Part shown: piece after piece, positions 26,401 through 36,646 of the stretch
Numbering within the stretch: position 1 is the stretch's first letter
How the letters are laid out: each line of letters starts with the position of its first letter
NCBI GenBank assembly: GCA_051362555.1
Contig: CM120648.1
Location: forward strand, 11,776,587 to 11,840,586
DNA from: Lingula anatina
Taxonomy: Eukaryota > Animalia > Brachiopoda
DNA length: 64,000 nucleotides
Reading direction: 5' to 3'
The notes under the pieces: model-generated
Told to the model about the DNA's origin: nothing
Database searches by the model: none
What the model saw: the letters and a program-made list of their open reading frames with translations, nothing else
Program-made: the position numbers and the translations under genes

Positions 26401-29400
26401 GACCCCATTTCCATAGATGTTAGATCGATCTATCCCTGTAGGGAGTCTCACTAGATTACTGTCAGCTTAGCCAGCTTAAGCGTCTGTCCCGCCTACTAAA
26501 AGCTGTAAGGGGGTAATTAACAATGGTGTGCCCTCGGCTGACTGCAATTTAGCGTGAACCCCCAGGGAGTTAGATCGATCTAAATCTAAATCTCTGGAAA
26601 GATCTAAATCTCTGGGAATGCACCCTTATACTCTACCTTGAATATTTTATAAGTCATTTTAAATTTGTAACAGATTTTTGCTATTTCATGTAATTATGCA
26701 GTTATCTTTGAAATATAGCAGTCATTTCTATTCAACAACCTACCAAAAGATAAAAGGAAGCATTCAACCTACCAAAAGATAAAAGGAAGCGTTATCTTAC
26801 TGTATATATATCAATTAAGTCTTAACAGCACTTATACTCATAAAAGGTTGAATAAGTTAACAATTTTTCATACTTCCCTTTCCTTCAGTGCACATTAGTT
26901 GAAAGGGATTGGTGAAAAAAACACTGAAAAATTATAACAAAAAATATTTCCTTTCATGAAAAACACTTTGATGTGCCCCGTTGCTACCCTGAATCCCAAA
27001 GGTCACTAAAAACTCTTATATTATCAGCATGTCTCTTCTCATTGCCGATAACACAAGTTAAATCCCAGTGGCCCCTGATTCCCAGGGTACCTTTCTGTGA
27101 TATATGGTTGGACATATTGGAGACCCACTCTGCAGATGTCATCAGCCTGGTTCCTCATATCTTTCTGCTCCATGAAGATACCAGAAGTTAGTTTCCGTGG
27201 ACCCCTCAATTCCAGGGTACCCTTCTGTGTGATGTATGGTGTGAAGAGTCATACTCAGCAGTTGTCACAAGCTTGGTTTCACAGCAGTAGCCATGTATCA
27301 TGGTGGCCATCTTCACAGACAGACTGGCTGCTTCACAGTTCTACAAATATGTCATCTGTTAGTGCAGCATTTCTAGGGCAGAGATGTAGTTACTGTTCAT
27401 ACAAAATGGGCCACACTTTTGAATGGCTCATTTGTCTTACTAATGAACCTTCTTTAAGTTTCAATTTTGGTCCTTAACAACCTTTCTCTCCTCTCTTTCC
27501 CCCCTCCAATCCATACTAGTATTTCAGAATTTGGATGATGGCCTGATTTTATTTCATGAAGTAGAAAAACTTTTTTCTTGGCTAACTGAATGGACTGAAC
27601 CTGGTGGCTGCATTTAGCAAATATCCCCAATATAACACACTTAAACCATTATGGGGGAGAAATAAATCCTAGAAAATAAATTGGGTCTAAGTTTGAATAT
27701 TCAGATGGTCTGCACTATGCCAAAGGTACATCTCAGTGCACAGATACATAACCTCTAAATGACATGAAATGAGGATACTAGTACACATACACACCACATA
27801 TTGTGTCTTACAGACAAGTAACCTTTTAACACCTTGTGTTTTAAAATACAGGGTTCAAAGTCCAAACAAGATAGGAAGCAGTTTTGGGGGAAAGTGATCC
27901 CAAGCATAAACAGAAGGTTTCAGTAAAGAATAACAAAGTCATGAGGATTTTTTTCAACTGTATTTTGTCGGCATGATTAACCAAACACAGACCAGTGTAG
28001 CAGCCAATTTAGTGACACTTTTGTCCAAAGAAGGTCATGTTATAGAAAAGAGAGGTTCTATTTAAAAAAACTCATTTCAGCTACAGAAAAAACATTCATT
28101 ATACTACCTTATCACAAAATACATGTAGTAATCTATATGCAATATTATCCAAAGCAAAGTAAAGATATAACATGTAAAGAAATGTCCTGAAAACAACCCA
28201 ATGGAACGCAGTAAAGTGTCCTCTTTTGCTTTGAGGAATTCAAGCATAACATAGGCTTATGTTCCTGCCAATATGACAGCATACTTTATGGGGCCATTAC
28301 AAAACCCATCTATCTACAAAATAATGGCCCAATACAAACATTTTTGTTCAGCCAGCATCAAAGGTGCAATAATTTTCCTCAATAACATCCCATTTTATCG
28401 CCAATTCTGTACAATGAAAGCTAATGAAATGTGTCTGGGTATGCCACTAACATTTATGTTTTCAAGTCTGATATCATATATTCTACGCATTTCTGACTGG
28501 CTGCCAGTGCCATTTTCCAGGTGTTTCTTCATTCTAAATAACAAGGCGCAATTTGGTAGTAGGATGACGACATGATAGAGGCTGGATAGAGAGTCATATT
28601 GAAAAAAGAACAATGTGTATAGAGAAATCTAATAACTGCTTAAATCACAAACCATTTGTACATTTAATCAGCCAAGCTTAAAACTGGAAACTGCTAATAT
28701 GCATATTAATTATGAACTGCACTAATTAACCAACACAATGTCACGTATTTAGTGCATGAATTTTTTGTCTTTTCATTACACTCTTTCAAGAAAAAAAACT
28801 CCTGCATTCTATTTCAAGCAATACAAAAAGACCAGTCAATGACTGACACACAAATTTAGTTGAACACAATATATTTCAAATACTAGTACTAGTACTTATA
28901 GCCAACACAGCTTAGCTGACAGAAAGTTTTTAAAGACAGTTCTCATAAAGTTATCATGGTTGTATCCACTGCTATCACATCTGAGTAAAGCAATAAAATA
29001 GGTTTAACCCGTATCATTAACCAATAGTGACAGTCATCAATATTGCATAAAAGTCAATGACTGCAAGCCATAAGGCATTGTTCACTTAATGGTTCAATCA
29101 CATTATACAAGCCATATGAAACTATCTGTAAATAATTCAGAATAATGTAAGCATAATAAAATACACTGGCTACCAACACTGAAGGGGCCTGTTTCACAAA
29201 AAAGTCTTAAGTTAGTTTTTTTGGCTACAAACTAAGCCTACTATAGTGAATAGAAACAGCATTGGGTTACAACAGCAAGCTTTGAACTAACTCTAATGCA
29301 CAGGCTACAAATCCCAGAACTAATTCAACAGTTGGTAGAATTTATTTTTTCAAGCAAAGAATCTATTCAGTGTCTTATCGGAAATAAAGCTGCAAGTTTT

Positions 29401-32400
29401 TTAGTGGGTCTCCATATTTGATCAGCAGATCTGTTAATCCGCTCTTGTGAATGCGCTCTAAAATTAGAAACTAGAAGCAGCAGCATTCTTCACACAGCTG
29501 TAACATTGTCCCCTTAACCCGACACCAACTGAAAATATTGACACAAGTTTTCATCCCCCCTCTTAAACATACTTTCCTCTTTGAACTCCACAAAAAAAGC
29601 ATGGTAGTTATTCAGCAATGATAATAAGAACTCTGATTTTATGTACTCCATTGGTACAAAATGACTATTTGTCTAGTTTAAATGCCTGGGTATGAGGTGA
29701 ATATAAATTAGAGATTGGGATTTTATTCTGGAACACCAAATAAAACACAGCAAATACTGGTACTTTATTTTGTCTGAGTCTCTTATTGTGTACCAACCCA
29801 TAATTGGATAAAAAAAAATACTGAACAGTAAATGATTTCATCTTCTCTGGCCATTCCATCACCTTAAAGCATATCTCTTACAGTACTGGTAAGACATTAT
29901 GTATACTGGGAGAAAAAAAAGAGACTGAGTCACGGTCAATTTCCAAGATTCTCCCAGAACTCCGCCCAAACACAAACAAACAAGCAAATGAAACAATTGC
30001 AGAAACAACTGAATCATGCCCTGTTTTTTCGTATTCTTTTAGAACTCCGCCCTTTTGCAAACAAATAAGTTTCCACTCAAACCCCTTTTCCCCAGAGACT
30101 ACTACCCACAGCTGAGACCTCAGCTGTACCTCATTTAGTCCTAAGCCAACAAAATGTTCTCAACAACTCTGGAGAATAGAACCCGAGTTCACAAGAAGGA
30201 TTTCATGATTCTAGATTTGTCAGATTTAAAGGACTGCAGACAAACGCCTCATTAGTGCTTTTTTATTGGTGGACTAATGGAACAGGTACCCAGGAGAGGC
30301 TGCAGATGCTCTTGCCTTCGTTCTGCAAAAAAAATTTCTGGAATGATTATAAATTCTCTTTGTCTGGTCTGTCACCTCTGACCTCCTTTTCTCTAAAAAA
30401 AAGGGAGCAAAGCCCCCCTCCCTCATGTGCCCCTTTTTATTTCTAATAAATACAGGCACTAGTAATATATCCATGAGCACATTCAGAACAGCATATAAGC
30501 AGACCCACGGATTAAATATGGACGACCCGTTTGAATGCTTGTTGTACAATCCCCCAAAGGAATCTATTTAGTGTCTAATCAGGAATAGAGTGTTAAGCGT
30601 TTTTAGTAGGTCACCATGTTTGATCGGCGGATCTGTTAGTTCGCTGTTTTCTGAATGTGCTCCATCACGCTAATGACAATTCCACACAGAACAGACTTGG
30701 GGTGCTTTCCCAGAGATTTAGATCGATCTAGAGATTAAGATTTAGATCGACATAACTCCCTGGGGGTACATGCTAAATTGTAGTCAGCCGAGCGGGCACC
30801 ATAGTTTATTACCCCCTTACAGCTTTCAGTAGGCGGGACAGACGCTTAAGTTGCCCAAGCTGACAGTAATCTATTGAGACTCCCCACAGGGATAGATTGA
30901 TCTAAAAATCTATGGAAATGGGGTGTTGGAGTGTGGACTGGTGGTAAATACTCCAGAAAGAGCTAAGCTACAGCTCAAAGATGAGCGCCAAAAAAATTAC
31001 AGTGAAATCCAATCTGAATGTGACTTGATAGGTGATGTAATAAATGCCTTAATCTGAAATGAAGAGGTATTGATATCCACTATGGTATTGTCCAATTATT
31101 TGACTGGTGTATCACCTTACATTCTTTAAATGCTTAACTATGCCATATAAAGGAAATAACAGACTCATGTACACACATTTTTATTTCCTACATGTGTTCA
31201 CCAATCCATATTTATTTTAATACTGAAGTGATAGGCCTTTTCTGCAATCTGCTTTCACTAAATCTTCAGTTTTTCGATAAAGATGGAAAAATTGGCCTTG
31301 TATGAAAAAGGGCAAAATCCTCATTTTCCAAGCCTTTTGAAAGATCGTAAACACTATCCTGAGTATGGACGTCATACACTCCGATTAGTGGGAAACAGAC
31401 ACTAACATTACCTTAAATAATGTGCAATAACAGCTACATAAAGTATATCAATGTATGCCCCCCCTGCATTCCAAACATTGCTGGGATTTTTCACAATAGG
31501 TGTCAGCACTCATTTTTTTATCCAAGAAGTATCTATGAACTGTGGGTATTCATAATAAAACATAATAAAACATAATGTATTTCAATGCCTTTGACTACTA
31601 TTGTTCTGGCGTTTTTGATTATGTGCACTGCCACTGGTTCAAACTTGGATTTGTGGTTGGCTGCTTTTTGCGTTCACAATAGAATGCTCACCTGTATGCC
31701 CTGGCACTTGTTTTGTGGTATTCCCGACATCCACATATGTTTACCTGTTGGATAACGTCACTCTAAATATTTGTTATTCTCCCAAAAGAATGAATTTGTA
31801 TTTTTTGTACACAATAGTCAAATGTCTACTCGTAATTGAATGATTAATCTGTGAGTGAAGCATCTGGAATGTCTTGAAAAAGAATGAAGGTACTAGTAAA
31901 CATATGAATCATTTTTCAATTGTAACAGAATCTTCATTTGCAAGTGACATCTTTGCATGAGAAAATGTAAGAATAATGCGATGCAATAAGAATGACTAAA
32001 TAAATAGAATTATCTGGAGTAACATGACCCATCTTATAATAATTGGGGAGACGGTACTCACTGAATAAAATATATATCTTCATGCACTCAATTTATTAAG
32101 ACGGAAAAAACTTTTCACAAACTTGATGACAAATTTAGAATTTATCATTCCTTAAATGTTTAAATTACACAAATTACAAGTTAGCTAGTTACAACTACAA
32201 TTCAAATCTAATACCCCGTTCACACTATGCTCAGTTATCCGGATAAGTTGCGAATTAGGTCACAATTCGAATAAATGCAGTAGTGTGAACGCAAGAGGAT
32301 TTTGAAAATGCGCATTTTCAAAATCCTGCAAGCGAGGTGGATTTCTAAGCGCGATCCGGATAACTTACCGGAATCGACACCTGTACAGATCTTACTGCGC

Positions 32401-35400
32401 ATGTGTGCAGATAAGTGCGGGTATCTATGAACGCTGGTTTATTACTTTAGCGATTGCACCAAACGTATTTGGAGGTCACCACTCACTACAACATGAGGAA
32501 ACAAACTTATTTTGCCACCTTATACTTCTCAAGAATGCTGGAATGTCTTTTGAGTTGCATTTGTCGTCACAAATTTTTGTTGATATTTTAAGATTTCCTG
32601 TGCGGCGCATGCGCGAGTGTTCAAAACAGGAAGTTAAACCTGAAATTTTCAACGTGGGATTCGGATTCGCTTAGCGAGTGTGAACGCAATACCGAATCGG
32701 ATTCCTTACGAAAAATCCGAATTATAGAAATGCGCATTTTGGCAACTGTAGTGTGAACGGGGTATAAAACATCACATCATGACCCGGACAATTTTCTTGC
32801 AGGTAAACAGACCTTCACTTCCACAAGGTGTACATGCACTCAGAACTTGATCCTTTGTCAATATTTACCAAGGCATTAACCTTTTAGAGTTTTTTTCTTT
32901 AAGCAAATGAGGGATTAAATTTACAGACATTATACAGACAATATACTTACTAGTAAAGTTTTTTTTTACTGAATTATTGCATGGTGCTCCATGAATTGCA
33001 TGATTCTTTAGACCAATTTCAAAGATGATGTCTCAATAGTAGTCAATATTCACATGTTTCTGATTTCCAACCACATCATTGCATCTAAAACACCTTGTAA
33101 AATTTAATAAGTTTAAGTCTGAGCCTACTAAATGCAATTTTAAATAATAAAGCACTGACAACATTCTTTATCACTTTGCAACATACTATTTAAATTCTCT
33201 TCAAGTTTATCAGATATATTTCTCCTGAATTCTAAGTAGAAACCCATGTACTTGTCACAAAATGGGTGCCACAGCATTTAAACCACTTTCTGTCCCAGTC
33301 TTTTATCAAATGAATACTAATTTATCGGCCTTTTACCATCACTATTTAATAATATGACCCTAAAATGGGACTGCATTAAACACTGACCACAATAAGGGGA
33401 GTTATAAACAAATAATGAACTGACCACAACAAAGAAGAAACCTAGCCAATAACAACAGTTTACACCTACACATTTTAGTGTGGAGTGTTTGCATGTTAGT
33501 AAATCTGACATTCATTTATAATTTCACAAATTTATAATATGCCATTAGCTGTCACAGATAGCAATGACTGATACCACACCTGCACTTTCATTTTATTTTG
33601 TCTGATTCATTCTGAATAAATATCTATTTTAACACATCAACAATACAATAGTATGAAGAAAAATGCTGCTGTTAGAAAAAGTATGTGTTTGGTCTGACAT
33701 ATCTACCAGTAGTGCAATCCTTGCCTGCTGTATAATATTTCCATTCCTTCTTATTTCTTCTTGGTGCAAGACTCCTTTACCATTTACTGTTTGCCTCCTC
33801 AATCAACACCAGCATCAACAAGATACTAAAACAGGTGCATACTCACTTTTCTTCCTCTTTTTTTATTGCATTTGAAGAGATAATTAAAGTATATACAGAG
33901 AAGAACATTTCTGTGGTGAGGCCAATGGTTAAAGAAAATTATTTTAAAATCTGGTTAAATATTTGATATCGAACACTAAGGTCCTTGATTTTACTATTGT
34001 TCAGTACATTTTGAGACCTAAAAATACCCCCTTCCTTGCCAAAATATTCACACTCGTTAATACATTAACACGATTACTTTGAAATACTCTATGACTAGCA
34101 ACATAACAATGACCCTGCCACAAAAGAAAATCACAGTGGCACTAATGGCCTTGCTCATGTCTATTTAATTACTCCCTGTATCTGGACAGTTACACATTTT
34201 ATACATGTATACTTTATATTATCCTATGAGTCATCCTGGCAGGTATGGCTTCCATGACACCCCCACACTAGGTGTGAGGTAAAATATTGCCAGCATTCAT
34301 ACTGCACCTGGATAGGGGCAACCAGCCTCCCCCCCCCCCCCAACTCTTTGTCCTACCCGCACCTTTCTCTTGTTTCTTATATTTTTTTTTATTTTGGTCT
34401 ATCTACAAAACTTACCAATATACTAAGCACAAACACAACATTAGGAGCTACCCTGAGCGGTCTTTTTCACCTCTTCCACTCTTTCTCTCTCTCTCTCTCT
34501 CTCTCCATCTCCAGCTGCCCCTCCCTCTTTCTCTATTTCTCTCTCTCTCATCTGTTTTCTATTGCTCATTCTCTCCTACTCAGACTCCCCATCACTTGTT
34601 TCTCATACACCTTTTTACTGTCTTTTTATAAAACACCTAACACAAGTGTAAAATAAGTACTACACAGCTCTCATCAATGCCAATCTATGTTAGAGCCAGG
34701 CCACATTGCAGTGTAAATGCACACAATTTCCGATAATGAAATAAGCATCATCTTCAGTGCGAGTGGCACCCAATATCAAGCATATGTATCTTGATTAAAA
34801 TATATCTGATAGTATAACTGGTCATAGATCACTAAGTGCACTACCACAAAGTCCGAAATGAAATATGATTTTGGCTTTATTTTGGGAAAGACTGAAATTA
34901 TTGCATCAATCAACCAAGGTTAAAGTGAAAGTTAGATAATTTCTTCTGAATAAAAAAATCGAGTCATTACCGTATCACGTTAACCATATTATTGCACACA
35001 TTCTAAAACTGGATACAAGTTTCTACTAGTAAATGAATACAAACAAAAGTCTTTCTGCTATCTATGAGAGACACAAGTGGCCTATAATCCACTCAAGGTT
35101 CAATTTACAAATATTACAGATGTGATAGTGTGATAAGTGAGGAATTTACAGCTTGGCCAGTTTAATGACAAGTGTGTTGAAAGCTTTGTTGAAATAATAC
35201 CAAGATCATGTAAAAAAATATGCTGGCTCAGTGAAGAATATAGTTACTAGTATGCTTTTGTCAAAATCATGTTTCAAAAATCTGGGAAATATACTCGAGT
35301 TGTAATTATCTCTTTATTGATCACATGGCTCATCATGACGCTGTATCCACACATATGCTGATATAGTGCATATCAATATTACCAATTATTACTCATCTGC

Positions 35401-35705
35401 ACTGGCTAGCCTCGGCTGGTTCTAAATAAACATTTGTTTTCTGTCTTTAAATTCCTACCCAGCAGTACTGTCCGCGACAATATAAACTGGGTCCATTTGG
35501 CCTTTGAAAAGGACGGGCACACAAAGAGTTCGCGCTGCCAGCAGTTCATCATAAACCCAGTCACAGCCAAGAGAGGTATCGAGTTTCACCGACTTGGAGG
35601 TCCAGAGAAAGACGACAGCACCTGACTGGACGAATTATTTCAGAATTTTATCCAGAACTCTTAACAACTTGATCACTTACCTTCAAGAAGCACTAACTTG
35701 TCCAT
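616..35705 (-). CDS. AFAP1-family (AFAP1/AFAP1L1/AFAP1L2-like) adaptor, 5' part; gene continues beyond the left edge of the window
   Basis: Minus-strand GT-AG exons 35705-35681, 14128-13985, 3715-3579, 3285-3239, 2097-2000, 733-616 join in phase (1,1,0,2,1,2) and give MDKLVLLEEMLPGIEDYLRTFLAKESMSSLGEKKRQYYVERLEALRLPPSLPPRPSG...PPKPPEVPPPPEP...LYDDL...LYEEPL...SDTSYETYDEEDG. The N-terminal helix resembles AFAP1L1/L2 (MD....LEQLLP..) and the related SKAP2 dimerisation helix; the PxxP tract and YEEP/SYETYDEE tyrosine motifs resemble AFAP1 (YYEEAVPL, SSSYESYDEEE). The PH domains are not in this window. Confidence 0.75.
1604..1644. repeat. (GT)n microsatellite
   Basis: Seen directly. Confidence 0.95.
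2000..2097 (-). CDS. AFAP1-like coding exon 5
   Basis: ttctctag/gtagga; DLPRTNGSLHGGGLEEDLYEEPLQREEGLDQT. Confidence 0.82.
2153..2202. repeat. (AAAT)n microsatellite
   Basis: Seen directly. Confidence 0.95.
3239..3285 (-). CDS. AFAP1-like coding exon 4 (47-nt small exon)
   Basis: cttttcttctttcag/gtaagtg; YSDAESVGLYDDLDA; needed to bridge phase 0 to phase 2. Confidence 0.8.
3579..3715 (-). CDS. AFAP1-like coding exon 3 (proline-rich)
   Basis: ttttcag/gtaag, 137 nt, LHRAPPKPPEVPPPPEPEQEDFIEKQRQISRASTRKAKEKEDENP. Confidence 0.85.
3795..4010. mobile_element. Hairpin MITE
   Basis: GCGTTTACTAACACTACCCACAGATCT / AGATCTGCGGGTAGTGTTAGTAAATGC inverted ends. Confidence 0.65.
4928..8502 (+). mobile_element. 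Non-autonomous Helentron-associated (HINE-like) element with internal tandem-repeat arrays, copy 1
   Basis: Begins AAACAAGG, with subterminal ATGTACAGACA (4951) inverted to TGTCTGTACAT (8487-8497). The 3' end has a (GGCGAC/GAC)n microsatellite, then the hairpin ATGTACAGACAcatctgTGTCTGTACAT and an A run. Internal units of about 336 bp (5639, 5974, 6311) and about 161 bp (7045, 7205, 7366; 7921, 8082, 8243), plus an 873-bp-period block (6508/7381). No TSD, sits in A/T runs, no coding capacity. Confidence 0.75.
10195..10240. repeat. (GA)n microsatellite
   Basis: Seen directly. Confidence 0.95.
12263..12309. repeat. (AT)n microsatellite
   Basis: Seen directly. Confidence 0.95.
13235..13483. mobile_element. 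MITE with ~30-bp TIRs (CATTCACATCGAGTTGAGCCATGGCTCT)
   Basis: The TIR is seen in inverted orientation at both ends. Confidence 0.7.
13691..13950. mobile_element. Fold-back MITE, ~260-bp near-perfect palindrome
   Basis: AGGCTTC(G/A)TTCACATG...CATGTGAATGAAGCCT; arms pair almost throughout around a central duplicated TTATAGTAAC. Confidence 0.8.
13985..14128 (-). CDS. AFAP1-like coding exon 2 (EMLPGIEDYLRTFL...LPPRPSG)
   Basis: tttcag acceptor, gtaag donor, 144 nt, GC-richer than its flanks; lies in ORF 13809..14126. Confidence 0.88.
14279..14466 (+). mobile_element. Penelope-like relic with a decayed hammerhead core and an inverted flank duplication
   Basis: CTGATGA-A-GTCCCAA/TTGGGAC stem, then AAAAGCTTTC; flanks AATTTCTACACAATAA / TTATTGTGTAGAAATT are inverted. 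Confidence 0.5.
15466..15571. mobile_element. Small hairpin MITE
   Basis: TAGCACGAAAATT(C/A)ATGCG..AGCACTCCTA inverted at both ends. Confidence 0.65.
17184..17257. repeat. (CA)n(GA)n compound microsatellite
   Basis: Seen directly. Confidence 0.95.
17906..18120 (+). mobile_element. MITE family A (PIF/Harbinger-like), TSD ATA
   Basis: TAGATCGATCTA subterminal inverted repeats; conserved core GGGGAGTCTCACTAGATTACTGTCAG...AGCGTGAACCCC; ata on both flanks. Confidence 0.8.
20023..20237 (+). mobile_element. MITE family A copy
   Basis: Same core and inverted ends. Confidence 0.8.
23008..23234 (-). mobile_element. MITE family A copy, TSD TAT
   Basis: Reverse-oriented core; tat on both flanks. Confidence 0.8.
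23256..23404. repeat. Duplicated (GT)n-TTCAACAGCAT-(CT)n compound repeat
   Basis: Seen directly. Confidence 0.9.
23650..23885. mobile_element. CpG-rich non-autonomous element ending in a ~110-bp hairpin (23770-23880)
   Basis: ATACAA..GTCGCCGAGCTGTACGTGAAA..TTAC / GTAA..TTTCACGTACAGCTCGGCGAC..TTGTAT; superfamily not determined. Confidence 0.55.
24296..24525 (+). mobile_element. MITE family A copy inserted in a (GA)n tract, TSD AGA
   Basis: GACCCCATTTCCATAGA...GGGAAAGCACCC. Confidence 0.8.
26401..26625 (+). mobile_element. MITE family A copy, preceded by a decayed partial copy (about 26300-26397)
   Basis: Same termini and core. Confidence 0.8.
30475..30662 (+). mobile_element. MITE family B (TIR GAGCACATTCAGAA), TSD CAT; relatives at about 9098-9287, 13486-13638 and 29357-29458
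   Basis: Shared core GAATGCTTGTTGT..GAATCTATT(C/T)AGTGTCT..GTGGGTC..CCATATTT; inverted termini. Confidence 0.65.
30700..30925 (-). mobile_element. MITE family A copy, TSD TTG
   Basis: Reverse-oriented; ttg on both flanks. Confidence 0.8.
32212..32764. mobile_element. Non-autonomous PIF/Harbinger-like element, TIR TACCCCGTTCACACTA, TSD TAA
   Basis: Perfect 16-bp TIR, taa on both flanks, CpG-rich interior. Confidence 0.8.
35681..35705 (-). CDS. AFAP1-like coding exon 1 (MDKLVLLE)
   Basis: ATG GAC AAG TTA GTG CTT CTT GAA G|gtaagt; the phase-1 donor matches the exon 2 acceptor; lies next to the CpG-richer promoter. Confidence 0.75.
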
Positions 35706-36232
35706 GTTGCACCTCTAACGTAGTTTATATTTTGTGCGCGGTTTTTGATCAAGGCGTCATCTTCCAAGCTTAATAATCCCAGCGTATCTAAAGAAGATTC
35801 TCCCCGATCTCTCTAACACATCCCATGAAATTTACATGCTCACTTGACCTACTTTGACCTCCCTTGTTTCAACCAATGGTCGAATGTTTCTCAAAATTCG
35901 TAAAAGTCCTTGTCATTGGACAAGAGGTGGAAAAGCTGAATGCTTCTTTCTCTTTATTCACATGTAAGCCTGGAAATTTATACATATGAGTGAATAAAGC
36001 ATTTTGCTAAGGTACCCTCAGGATAATTGTAGTGCCCATTTCTTCTTATTTTGTTGAGAAATTGCAATATGTTTCTGACTTCCGCCATGCGTCAAACTCT
36101 GCGCAGATAGCTAAAAGTGAGCCACGTGCAGAGTGAAAATGGCGGCGGCCAGTAAGGATTAGCATTGCGATAAAGATCAAGGTGTAGTTGTCACATACTT
36201 CACCACCGATTTTGATTTCTAGCTTCCGTCAG
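35706..36232. promoter_or_regulatory. Bidirectional promoter and ELYS first exon (donor CAG|GTAAGG at 36232/36233)
   Basis: Divergent genes, locally raised CpG, ETS/YY1-like ACTTCCGCCAT (about 36078), E-box CACGTG (36123), YY1 consensus AAAATGGCGGC (36136), CCAAT (about 35873), TGACCT-n4-TGACCT (35845-35860). Confidence 0.7.
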
Positions 36233-36412
36233 GTAAGGTGAACTTTTGAATTTTTTGAAAATATAGGTCTATCTCAAATTGCAGAATTAAATAAGTTACC
36301 AAATAAAGCAAATTCATTGTAATATTTGATCTGCCACAGTGCGAAGTATATCGGTGACGATCGGGTTTATTATTGCGGCCTAAAGATATCGTTACCTTAC
36401 TCTCACATTATA

Positions 36413-36415
<3 letters not shown>

Positions 36416-36474
<59 letters not shown>
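36416..36474. repeat. (AT)n microsatellite in the first ELYS intron
   Basis: Seen directly. Confidence 0.95.
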
Positions 36475-36476
<2 letters not shown>

Positions 36477-36646
36477 TTTAAAAATCGTATATAGGGTCTT
36501 GTTGATTTATCATTTGCAAACACATTTTCCATTGTTAGATAAAGTGTAGAAACCCCATGACATTTTAATTATTTTCTGCAATACCTCCTAAACTGACATC
36601 CATTTTTACCTTGTTGACAGCGACTGCCATTTTCCTCAAATCCAAG

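Noticed and set aside
26735-27250. Small direct duplications (29-bp tandem at about 26735-26790; ~131-bp-spaced copy at about 27080/27211)
   Set aside because: Ordinary mid-intron duplications; useful only as background showing duplications also occur away from junctions
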